A stretch of DNA of 63,572 bases, counting the filler, from Asterionella formosa (Eukaryota), in assembly GCA_002256025.1 (NCBI GenBank). It is 17 parts of 17 records of this genome, joined end to end, with 100 filler letters (N's around TTAATTAATTAA, not from the genome) between each part and the next. Parts side by side here need not be neighbours in the genome. Positions count along the whole stretch, not along the records: positions 6,133 to 36,981 come from NKIB01000792.1; 16 more parts are not named here. One strand, written 5' to 3'. The notes under the pieces were generated by a model. That model did not search any database and had not been told where the DNA came from. It worked only from the letters and a program-made list of their open reading frames with translations. Made by a program: the position numbers and the translations under genes. The stretch's first letter is position 1. Every line of letters starts with the position of its first letter. Below, one piece after another: positions 12,451 through 24,376 of this stretch.

Positions 12451-12825
12451 GATTGCAACGTATGTACCGGTAGGAGTAACGGTATTCTATTGTGTGCTGT
12501 GTTGCTGCTGTTTGATAATCTACTAGTTGCTGTTGTTGCGTTAAACCTTGGCTGTTGAACCTTATAATTTGTACCTTCTATGCAACGATGAGCAACGAGC
12601 GATGAGCTAAGCAGAGTGATGTTGGCAACTATTACGGGAACGTCTTTTGTCGGAACTACCGGTGGATGGAACAACTACAGTGGAGAGCGCAGTTTTTGGT
12701 TGTTTGGGAGGAGAGTGAAGATGAGCGAGCCGAGAAGAGGAGGATTACATTCCAATCTATGTACCTGCTACATACCTGTGGTACTGTCCTAATTACAGTA
12801 CGCACAGTTCGCCGCCATCGACCAG

Positions 12826-12902
12826 GGGAGTTGCGGTAAAAGACGGTTTTTTTACTATGAGGAAAACATAGCTGGTAAATTTCTCATTTGCCGCAACTTG
12901 CC
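12826..12902. repeat. About 75-bp foldback mini-element, copy 1
   Basis: GGGAGTTGCGGTAAAAGACGGTTTTT...TTTGCCGCAACTTG; homologous copy at 33881-33952. Confidence 0.7.
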
Positions 12903-13316
12903 AGCAGGTAAGAAAGTACTTGCACTGTACCTGGTACCTGGAACCAGTGCCTGGGAACCAACCAATCGCTCATTAGAATTGCTCACTCTTGATAGATAAT
13001 ACAACAGGCAGTTATTATCGGAGTACTTTGTCTACCGGTACATATGTATCCTATTTGTCATAACATAATGTATGCACATATTGACTACAGGTACCAGGTA
13101 ACAACTGGTCGACATTGCTTGATGATACCAGGGGGTACCAGGTACCGTTACATTGTTATGCATGTGAATACACTGTCGTTCGCGCTGCATCTTCGCTCAC
13201 TGGGTGTGGCCGGTGCACGCTTGCCCATTGTTGTTGCCACCCAATTCCTGGAGGGGGGAGGATGCCAGCCGGGATTGCGGAGCGAAGGTGAAAATTGCGT
13301 TGTTGTAGATCAGATT

Positions 13317-13722
13317 TGTTGAAATGGTCCGTACTCCTTCCCGCGGGCTGGGTCTCCCTTCACGTAGACTCTTACGTGATCGTAGTACTACCTAGTACTA
13401 GTTACTTTCTCTCTTGTCTCTGCTTCTAGCCTTCCTGCTAGATAGACTAATTGACCTTCCTGTCAATTAACACACTGTTTCGTTGGTTGATAATCTAAAA
13501 ATCAAATTAAATTATAAGCTAAACTAAATGTTTCCTTTCCATGCATCTTTGCTTCCTGCAAAGTCGTTCTAAGACTCTCTTCGAGTTTCCACTTAACATT
13601 TCCATAGAACTCTTCAATCTTTGATCTCGTTAGACAGCTGATTGATGTGGCAATGCAATATTCGACTCGTTCGATTACAATCGAGTCCACAATCCTTGTG
13701 ACTCGGGCTAATATTCTTGACA
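13317..13722 (-). mobile_element. Solo LTR (406 bp) with 6-bp target site duplication CAGATT
   Basis: On the minus strand reads TGTCAAG...TTCAACA. CAGATT at 13311-13316 and 13723-13728. Homologous along its length to 38528-38906. Confidence 0.8.
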
Positions 13723-13967
13723 CAGATTGTGAGCGATTCTTTTTTGCTTGTTTGCTTACAGGTACTGGTAGTGGTACCCTGGTACCCCTGGTACTCGAGT
13801 TGTGGAACCAGCTGAAGTCTCTAACTAAAAGTAGTTAAGTAACAGTGTACCACCTAAAAGCTGAGAGTCATCCTTATTTTACCCCATGTGTTACGACTCA
13901 AATTATTTTAGTCCGATTGCACGGCAACCTTGAAGAAAGTACACAGGTTATTGTAGCTCGTCCTCTC

Positions 13968-14570
13968 ATTAAGGTCTTGAGATAGGCAGCAAAGTCAATC
14001 ACCAGCATGTTGAAATGTTTTATCAAGTATTATCATGGCATCCACTGATGCTGATTCAGAAAGATATCACAAGGAAGATAATCCTCCAGCCACATCAGCA
14101 TAACTTTGTTGAGACTTTCATGAGACTGAGAATCTAGGAGTATTGCAACGCTCATCCAGTCAGACAAGGCGATATCTGTGAGGCATCTTTTGTAGCAGTA
14201 GGAGAACAAAGCAAAGAATCTGCTGGACTGAAGGGGGTACATGTGTTAGCCATTCCACTGAGTGTCCATTGATCCTATCTTGGGGTTGAAAGACCCCAAC
14301 CATCGACCTGATAGGGATACACAAAGAGGTCTGAGTCTTGATGTTTAGTATGTTGTTATCCTTCATCAATGGGACCACTGGGACTTGAAAGTGCATCAAC
14401 ATTATTGATTCAAATTGGACTCTTTTGAATTCAAAATGAAGTATCTAACTAGATGAAGTAGTATTTGTTGAATATATGAGTTTATTATTTAATCTTGATA
14501 AGCAACTTGTTCTCTTAGTTGACACCAAAGTATACAATAGATGTTAGTCGGGTTCTCTCATTTTTGAGTT
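13968..14570 (-). mobile_element. Degenerate Gypsy remnant (partial LTR, leader and gag 5' end)
   Basis: Translates to FSYCYKRCLTDIALSDWMSV and VPVVPLMKDNNILNIKT, homologous to gag at 39616 and 52883. Shares the leader and the LTR 3' part. Confidence 0.8.
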
Positions 14571-14992
14571 AGTAGCGCACAGTAGACGCAATTACCGGAC
14601 CTTCCATGTTTGTTCTCATAAACTTGCCACCTTTCCCCTACAGGTAGACTACGAGGTACCAGGTACTGTATGTTCCGGTACATTTTTTGATTTGATGAAA
14701 TGATTTATACTAAATACCGGCGGTATTTTGCACATATTTTAGTTAGGGGAACAATATGATAGTCCATTGCGGAGGTTTGATGAGCAAATAAGTAGGAGGA
14801 GTAGGTAGTAGAGTTCAATGAACATTCTTTCATGTAAGAAGTAGTACGCTGGTACGTGAATACCATGATGTGCATTCCCATACTTTTTTTAGGCAGTTGT
14901 TACCGGTAAACCTATTGACGACTACCGTACTAGCTGCTATCCCTCCTTTCTGTGTTTGCCTGGCAAATGAGTGAAATACCAAGTTGGAACAA

Positions 14993-17027
14993 ATGACGAA
15001 GGTAGTAAAAGCAACCATTGCTGGTTTCGTGTTTTATAGTTCGACTAGACCACTTCATGCCTTTGCACCTTCTTCCGTTTATGTTTATTCGACAAGGACG
15101 AGCTGCTGCCAACCAAGTTCCTCCGTGGTAGATTCAAAGCGGTCAAACCGATACAACAACTATGAAGAAGACGACGAAGACTTTTTGCTAGATACTCGAA
15201 CTTTTGAGCGAAGCCGCCAAGAGGAAGAGCTTAGGACTATGCGAATGGACGATGAACTAATCGACTACGAAACCGACGAAGTTTTCGAAGAAGTACCGGT
15301 AGAAACTGATGCTTTGGCTACTGGAAACTTTTGGTCAAATCCTGAAGAAGGGCTTGACATCTATCCTGACCGACCATCTCGTCGATCTAGACGACCATTG
15401 CCGCCTTCGACGGCGACACTACCACATCAATCACGACGACGACGACAATCCAGAGACAGTGATGGAGGATTGATGGCACCATCGATTTTTGGTGACAGGT
15501 AAGTTCAGAAGCTTTCTTTTTTCTAGCTACTTTTGGGCAGGGACTCATTATACACCTTGACTAACACTCGCTCGCTCTGTCGACAGAACAACGTTTCGAT
15601 CAGGAACTCCACCGCCACCAAACTCAATCAAGGAACTTTATGATCGCCTCTTTTGGTATGGATTTGATCCAGACGTGGAAAATTCAAGTCCAGAGGGATT
15701 CGATAAGACTGTTTTTGGAGGAACAAAGGGGAAATTTGATGGCCTATCTTATCTTGATGAATCCGATGGGGCAGCTCCTCAGCAGTCATCCCGGCGACGA
15801 CGTAGAACCAGAAGCATGGACTTCGAGGAAGATGGTGAATTTTTCGGACAAGACGAAGAAACAAGAGGATTAAATGAAGACAGAATATTAAGAAACACGG
15901 AAAAAAGTGAGAAGCTTGATTTTCCTCGACATGGACAGCGCATGTCGGAACCGACAGAGCCGACGGAGCGACCTTCTCGCAACGAGTACTACGACGATTT
16001 AGAAGAAGAATCCCAAGGACCAAATGTTCAGGACTCGCAATGGAGGAATTATTGGGAAGGCGATAAAAGGTATGTTCGGTTTAATGAGGACGAAAACAAA
16101 GGTGACGGAGTACGTGAACGACGACGAGAAAGGGCCCAACAACAAAATCCATTCACTGGTTTTCTTGATGATGTTTTCAATGTTGATAGAGATAAGATGG
16201 ACTACAAGGCCGAAGCTTACAATCGCCAACTTGGCAGAAGTCCCGTGGGAACTTACACATGGAACCAAGCCGCTGAACGACGGCCACGTAGTACTTCTGA
16301 CTACCAGTACAGGTATGAAGGTTCAGACGAAAGAGACTCAAATTACATTGAGGAGTTTGACTCAAGTGAAGATAAATTTGAAAATGAAGAATCATTCCCT
16401 AGCGACGTTGTAGTTGACGTAGATGCAGAAGTCGACGAAGTCACACCAAAAAACCAAAATTATCCACCCCGGAAGAAGCGCACCAGGGAAGAACGATCCC
16501 TTGCCTACGAGCTTGTACCGCCTGCTGGAGTTGCTGCATGGGGTCCATCTGGAGATCTGGGTTTTGATGCTAGAACAAAGGCGACCCTTGATGCTCTGGA
16601 TGATATTCGCAATGCGAAACGCAAGGTTGACATCAAGAGCGAGAAAGTGAAAGTAGCAAAGGAAGACATTATTATCATCAGGGCTGATGCAGAGTTGACC
16701 AAGAAACGTGCTAGCCGTGAAGATCCCCGAAGAATCCGTGCTCAACTGCTGCAAATTGAGTTGCAGCTGGAGGACGCTGCTCGTTTTTTGCGACAAGCAC
16801 GGAATGAGGAAGAACAAGCCAAGCAGGAAATGGAAAACCTTGAAGATCGCCACTGGGCGCTTCTCAGCCTATATGATGTAGACAAAGCATCTCAAGAAGT
16901 TGTGAATGCATTTGAGGAGCTCTACGCTGGGGAACCTGTAACCCGACTGAATAATGGCATCGACAGTGAATTTGCAAACGACTGGAAAACAACAGACGTT
17001 AAAAGGAATCAAGACCTCAGTCAGTAA
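14993..17027 (+). CDS. Probably plastid-targeted hypothetical protein (about 648 aa) with C-terminal coiled coil; exons 14993-15498 and 15587-17027
   Basis: Intron 15499-15586 (gtaagt...ctaac...cag) joins the ORFs in frame. N-terminus MTKVVKATIAGFVFYSSTRPLHA-FAPSS resembles a signal plus ASAFAP cleavage motif followed by a Ser/Thr-rich transit peptide. Confidence 0.75.
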
Positions 17028-20000
17028 TCAAGATGAATTTCGTCCTTATTACTTTCATCTTACAGTTTAGTATAAATACTGATTCTAGAATAAAATCTTT
17101 CAACTGGTTGGTCAACATAAATATTAGTATTCTTGTAATCACTACTAACAAATTACAGTTGTCATTATAAGCAATGCAAAGCAAGTGAAGCAATAGCTTA
17201 TTCCTAGCTGGTAGGTTGAATTAAAATGATGTTTCAATGATACTGGCATCCGATTATAAAATTTTTGGAAACAAAGGGCTAAATTATGGTCCTAGCTAGA
17301 TAGGTGTTATATTTCAAGTATTTCCTTTACAGCTCTTTATAATTATCGTTTTCAGGATAAGGCAAGAGTGGTTTGGGCGGCTTTGTAAATCATGGCAAGG
17401 AACCTGAAAGGATTGAGCAAGATGCAAGCACTATCATTTGAGATGCAGAGTGTCAAGCCTTTGTTGAAACAGCCGCTTGAGATTTCCCTGACAAAAAAGA
17501 AAGCAGAGAAGCCCCAACGACCTTACACCTGACATGATGCAGGTTAAGGACCAGTGAGTACGATGCATGACTTCCAGAGTTTTGTGAATGAAAATGCAAT
17601 TCCACCCAAAAAAGGGGTCTCCCTTCATGAAGTAGGCAAGGAATGACTGAAACATATCATTGAACCCAATTTGGATGTTTATTCCCTCCCCCCCCTAATC
17701 GTCTCAACAAAGGAGAGAATGTATCATATTGTTGTATTCTCCTTTGATTCTTCCATGATAGTTGATTTTATGTTACACAACACAACTGAGCTTGAGTCTG
17801 CCATCACCATCATTAATTTCATATTTTTTTAACATATTCCCTGTTTGTCATCAAATTAGGAAACAGTACTAGAAGAACCTCTACTCCAAAGTTCAAAAGC
17901 AAACCTATGATATGGAACATCTTGTCTTCATTTAAGATTACTTATGTACACTACATTCAAAGCTCAGCCACTCCTGCTATCAACACACAAAGTTACAGAA
18001 AACATTGCATCATAGTCTTTTGATTGAATTCATTCCTGCGCCTGTCTGTCATCCCCTAATATAAATAAGCCAACATTTCCACCATCTTCGTGTTATTCAT
18101 TCCCATATAATAGTTTCATTTATTCAGCGCCTTGAAACTACACAACTATGAATATTGCTGCATGCGTTTTATTTCCTGACTCAGCAGCTGTCAACAATAA
18201 ATCGAAGTTTGAAACTTCTAACAATTCGCGCCTGCTGGTCAAAATAAACACGACTAAACAAAATTCGCTATTTTGAAGTAATTCGGGAAAAACAGATTTC
18301 GACGAATTGTCATTTCGGAATTAAGTACTTAAGGGCTACCGGTATTTTAGTTAAAGCAAATGGGCTCTACTTGCTTTAAGAAAAACGACATTAAGCAAAC
18401 GTGCAAAGAGCAAATCTACTTTAAGAAATATTTTGCGTAAACTAGACAAACATAGACTTTACTGTGCCAAAATTCTGCCCCGAATTTTCTAGTCTTTTTC
18501 GCAAAGCTAAAAACGGAAGTTCTTTTCTACAATTTCTCGCCAGATCCTATAACCTGATGGCATGTAGAGTTGACCTATTCCCATACTTTGAAAAATGACT
18601 GTATCTAAGTATGTGAAAAGGGTGTCAAATGGTGAAAGCTAAATATAGACGAGTGATACATATTTATTTTATATATTCATGAAAAGTGTGTTTGATTACT
18701 CTGAATCAATATTTATATTAACCCTAGTTCTAGCGAGGGTCTCAATTGCAGGAACCTACATATACATATTGCATTATCACAGGAGTAACAGGTATTTTGT
18801 CAAGAATGGATCAACATTGTTCTGCTGATGGCTGAACATGTCACTGGGCACTCTGAAATGCCAATTTATTTTGTGCCAAAAATATAATCTAACATAATGT
18901 TTTGCTGAGGTTTGACTCATTCTCTTAGGTCTGACTATGGAAGCAGATGGCATAATACGCAAAACAGTTTGTTTTTGTAATTTTCGGTTAAATCAGATTA
19001 AAGCTAGCTAGTAAATTTAATTCAGAACAACATGCTGGCCGGTTTGGTTTATAAAGACGTATGTGGCACTAGATATAGCAAAATAACCGCAGCAACTTGC
19101 TCGTACTCTAGTACCAGCGTATCTTTTTGCCTGCAAGTTGTGGTACTAAACTCGGCCAAAATGACGATTTGGACAGATATTAAAACCTGCTGATCCAATA
19201 CTAAATAAACACGCTGGCTAGCTGGGACAACGGTTGTCTTTCATTCGTGACATGATCATTTAGAAATACTATTATGCTAGAATTCAATTGGCAGGGACTA
19301 TTTTAGGGTTAAACTCATTCCCCCAATCGAAAAAATTGGGTTTTTTACTGGAGAGCTAAATTCCATCAGGGTCAGATGCGCAAACAGAGTGGTGATCAAA
19401 GAAAATGATTACCAAGAACCCCCGCCAATGAGTGTACTTTCTTCGCATATGTTTTGTTATGCAATGACTAAAAATGCAGGGAACAAATATAGCGTTATAC
19501 ATCTTTGTAGAATGTATGTACCAGTAGCTATAGTGGATGCCCCTGTTCGAAATTCCAAATTTATTTTTGCCAAAACTATTATATCAAAAAAATCTTTTTT
19601 GATCTAGTAATATATAATATCGTCATTGCGCAATGACACTCTAATTATTTTATAGATTACTTTTATGACATTAAATATAAATTGAACAATAGTTTAAGTT
19701 AATTTTCATAGCAATGCATCCTCTGGTTCATTGCATGTATGAGTTTCATAATTTCACCATCTTCGGTCACCTTTCATCTCATGATGATGATGATCATGAT
19801 GACATGATCATCACATTGCTACTGCTAGCAGCATGTGATCTAGCAATTGACAAGACGCCATCATTTAGTGAAAGCTTGACTGTTGATGAGGTCAGAAGAA
19901 GAATCAAGTCAAGGATCCTGTTTACAATTTGTTAATAGGTGATAGATAACTGATTTGGTGGTTGGGTAGCTAGTTATTGTGACCTTTCAAGTAGTTGTTT

Positions 20001-21239
20001 TCCATAGCAAATGCGGTCAGCACAAAGTAGAAATGCCACAGCCATTGATTAATCCTTTATCTATAATTATAGATTAATCAATTCACCTTCAGACATTTTG
20101 GCTTTCTTTTTCTTCTCAAAAATTACCTTTTCGATTCCAAGATATTCACCGATGCTCCCACCAGCCACTGTTATAAATAATTTTTATCATGTGTTGGAAC
20201 TGTTCTTAGTAAGCTTGCGTTATTGTTAACCTTCTTCATTAAACGTGCATGTAAAATCTCGTTTAGATTCGTGCAATGAGTGCGGCAAGTATTTCTGACC
20301 CTGGAAATTGTAGGTTATGTCTTTAATTGTCCTGAGTACTAGCTAACATTAGGCTATTGCCGGTGGCGTACATGCCCTCAAAATAGTCCATTGCTTCTAC
20401 GTTCTGTTACATGATATCCGTGATACTTTATCATGGCGATCCCGCGGTTCAAGGTAGCATTGGATATTTGGAGTCTCTGCTGAGGGGAAGGGGCCAGTTC
20501 GCAGATTTTCTCCCAGGAAATGCAGATAGAGTTTCTGCTTTAGATTTGGTTGGATGTTAAAAGGCTGCTACTCACATGATTATCAGAAAAATATGTTGTT
20601 GGCTATCAATTCACTACAAGATCTCTTTCTGGCACTAAAATGAAAAATATGTCTACTGTAATTACTGGTCGAACTCTCTTGAAGATGGTCAGCTTGATCG
20701 TCTGATGAATCGGAAGAAAGCATTAGCATTTGGTTCCTGATTTTTCTTCCTGGTGTAAGTTTGTTTTCTGGTAACGATGTTGAAGACTATGACAGCAATC
20801 ATGTCTTAAAGAAGATGTTTCAATACCTGAAGGGGTTAAATATCCTCGCAACCCTGCTAATGTTGATGAGAACGAGGACGTCGAGGAAATTATCCTTGCT
20901 GCAGCATTAACTAATGATGTTGAAAAACCTGTGAATTATTTTTTCCATGGCTGGGTTGGACTTGAATTATTTGGATCATTTTCAAGAAATGAATTCAAAT
21001 CAATTATTTTGCTAACAAAAGATTGTGTGTTTGCTAAGCTATGAAAGACAAGAGGCAGCAGTGGTCATTGTTAACATTTCAATACTGCAGTTTTCATCGG
21101 TATTAAGATCTAAATTGCAAATTGAATCAGGAATTCCTCCATCGCCATCATTACCTGCACCCATCCCAGATGTATCAAGCAGTAGTAAGCTGGTTAGTCC
21201 AAGTTCTGGCGTTACAACTCTATTCAGTCGCTGAATAGA

Positions 21240-21960
21240 AAATTGTGCTTCAGCTCCATTTAACTGACCTAGCCGGCCTTCCCAGTCACTTGGAACACCA
21301 TCCCCCCATTTCATGGTGTCTAACAAATCATCAATATCAAGAAATATATCGTGAAATACGCAGCATGTAAGCCATACTTTGCCAGGTTCTTTTACCCCAT
21401 ATATTTGGACATCTGATTTTAAAATTCGCCAGGGACCCTTGAGTAATACAAATGTACATTCAACATCCTTTCTCAGTGACTCCAGCCATTATTCATACCA
21501 TCAAAGTTCTTGATCTGTGACTGATTTTTGTTGTTGGAGGGAATGTTGTTGACCATTTGAGATAACCATCATTGTGGACTATCAAAACAAAGCATCCACT
21601 ATACTTTATGGATAGTATGACTGCTCCATTTATCAGATCTCTTTCTTTCAGCTCAAACTGCACATCTTTCAAGGCATCATCTCCATTTTGGATCTCTTGA
21701 TTAAATGTATCAAGATTTATTCAACTTTTATCATTCTATCGATAAGGATGCCCAGTGGTACTTGGCAAGATCCGTCGACATTGAATTACAGTAGCATTAC
21801 ATATGTCCTCGCTGTGGAAGGAATTTTCGATGACAAATGTTGGTTCTAAAGCTGATTGGAGCATCGACCTATAGACACATGTGTAGCATTGTCAGTGCTT
21901 CTATTTCTACTAGAGCAGGTGGCAGGAGAAGTTTTCTTCCAAAAATGGCCAAAAATGAAG
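21240..21960 (-). pseudogene. Degenerate Harbinger transposase (C-terminal catalytic region)
   Basis: Manual translation gives WLESLRKDVECTFVLLKGPWRILKSDVQIYGVKEPGKVWLTCCVFHDIFLDID...WGDGVPSDWEG, with STDNATHV and TARTY upstream. Multiple stops and frameshifts. Confidence 0.75.
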
Positions 21961-23751
21961 ATATTGGATGCATCTTTCGGGAACCATTTCGCCATTACTA
22001 GCATCAAGACATACTACAATGCAATAAGGTTGATTGTCACATGAGTCCATGGGTTCAATGGCATCACTAGAAGTGTTAGAGGACATCTTGATTTCGACAA
22101 AATTAGAGAGAGGATGAGGGAAGGAGCGAAGCAAGCGGAATGGTGCTGGAAGTAGGCGCCTAATATACTAGTAGGAATTCATGTCCAGATGTCAAGCTTT
22201 GACTTCTTGTTTGCGCATTTGGGCCCTTTCTTTTGTGGGTGTCGACAGGGGGAGCAAAGCGGTTATTGTTGTCCATGGGAGGGTTGCTTTGAGGGGCAGC
22301 AGCACATGCTGCCTTGTCCGAAGGAACCATGGTGGGGGCGGAAAATTCAGCAGCAGCACGTAGGGAGGGCCGTTGGGCCAGTACTGGTGTAGAGGGTGTA
22401 AAATACACCAGAAAGTTGCGAGTTGCGTTGTTTAAAAAGTTTCTTGCAAGAAGTTATTTACTGATGCTATTTCAAGGTTTTCTATGTATCTAAATCGCCT
22501 TCAGTCAGACCCAGCCAACTTGAGCTATCATCATCCAAAAATTCGACAAAATCGGCCAGCCTTTTCTAGCTAGTTACTGTCTCCAAAATATTGGAATCAG
22601 AACCACTTAGCGCCGAAACGTCATCATCTGAATCAGAGTCTTGTGATGCAATATTTAGTCATAAAATTTCGTGTACCAAAAATTCCATTGTAAAAACGCA
22701 CAATATTATATATGTACTGATTGGCTATTGCAAAATACTTGCTTATCTCCGTTTGATTGTGCAAGGAATTGCAAAACCACACTGGCCACATTGGATACAA
22801 ATGTAATATTTCCTTGGGTGTATTGGTAGGCCAGTACTATATCTACTATGGGTACCAGTAGATGATTGTCATTGGACATTATACATGCACTACTTTGTTG
22901 TTGTGTGCATTTTCAAATATTTGCTGAGCCACCAGGTTGTATATAAGAAACATAACCATTGGTATTTATACATTCAGCAATGTACTATGTCTATATATAT
23001 ATATAGTGAATTTGAAAAGGAATCATGCATGTATGTGCAAATTTCCACTGATTTAAATATTTCAAATAAAATCATGTCATTTGAAATAGCTCATATAAAT
23101 CCTTATTTCCAGGGATTTTCGGCAACCCTAAGCAATATTTTTTTTTTGGCCTTAGGGTTTAGATGCAGGAACCTTAAAGTAAATGCTTGCGTTGGGTTTT
23201 TCACTCCCGTTAGCATCGCTTTTTAGGGTTACTGTACCGAAACCAAAACACTGTTTGGTTCTCGTTTTGGTCCACCGTTAGCACCCGCCTGATGTCCCAG
23301 TATCGGTATACACATATGTATGCTGCACACTTTCAGTACTGAATAATTTTAGTAGCACGATATGCAAGCTGGACACATTGCCAAAAATTGTTGACACCAT
23401 CAGTCGTGTTTTCATTCCTGGATGTATCTTCCTGTGCTTCAACTGTGACCTATTCGTCATCGTCCCCTAATTATTTTGTCTCACCATCTACTTCTTTTGT
23501 CTCGCCATCGACTTCTTTTGTCCTACCGTTTACTAAGTCCAACATTTACTATCATCTGTGATCCAAATGATGTTTGCATCAAACAGTAACCATGGAGACT
23601 GTAACGCCTTGCTTCTTCGCTTGTTAAAGTTGATGTGTGACCGTAACGACTTTTCAAATATGTGGTACCAGGTACTCCTTCTGAAGACCACATTTCATGG
23701 CAAAGTTTCCCTTGCTTGCCTTTGAGTGGTAAAAATCAGTGCCGAAGAAAG

Positions 23752-24213
23752 ATGCAAGACTATCCAAGCAACTGCATTATCGGCCCTGATTGGGCTATGG
23801 GGACGACTTTGATCAGAAGGACAACAGAGCAATTTGAAGAATATGACCACGAAAGGGCCCTAGCGATACTTGCCCAACAGAAGCGAGAATTGACTAAGAA
23901 GAACAAGGTACCACAAGGAGGAAATTTTTTCTTCAGAACCTTCATTAATTCCATTGGCTCTGTTAGTGAAAGCCTGGAAGAAGAACTAGAGGAGAGTAGG
24001 GCTCGACAGAAGGTACATAACGCAGTCACATCAAAGGAGGCTCGAATCAGTAAATTTCAGAGCCTCGCTCTCCAAGTTATCAATGACCAGGAGAGTTTTG
24101 CCGGCTTCAAAAGAACCTTGACGGATAGCAAGCTGAATGCTGTTCCTATGACGCCTGAGGTCTACATGCGACATCTAGCTGCCCATCCCCAGGTGTCAGC
24201 ACCGAATCGGTGA
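23752..24213 (+). CDS. Hypothetical protein (153 aa), convergent with VAC14
   Basis: Clean ORF from ATG at 23752 with coding-like composition and charged helical segments. No recognised domain. Confidence 0.55.
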   Translation: MQDYPSNCIIGPDWAMGTTLIRRTTEQFEEYDHERALAILAQQKRELTKKNKVPQGGNFFFRTFINSIGSVSESLEEELEESRARQKVHNAVTSKEARISKFQSLALQVINDQESFAGFKRTLTDSKLNAVPMTPEVYMRHLAAHPQVSAPNR

Positions 24214-24376
24214 TGAATGTACATTTTGAGTTCGTATGAATTCCCGAGACCGATAAATAATGTTCTAAACTTGGTATTTTCAATTCTCCATGTTTGTATT
24301 CGATTCCCCTCTCAAAGCCAACATGAGTATTCTGTTTCTACTTATTTTAGGAAAGCTTTTTATGGTCTTCGATAAG

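Noticed and set aside
11546..12452. Short ORFs antisense or in alternative frames to PP2C (and similar ones over VAC14, CSN5, UVRAG and the LRR gene)
   Set aside because: Shadow ORFs of real coding sequences with no independent motifs.
20560..21010. Plus-strand remnant as the Harbinger second (Myb-like) ORF
   Set aside because: Position and orientation fit, but it is too degenerate to recognise a domain.
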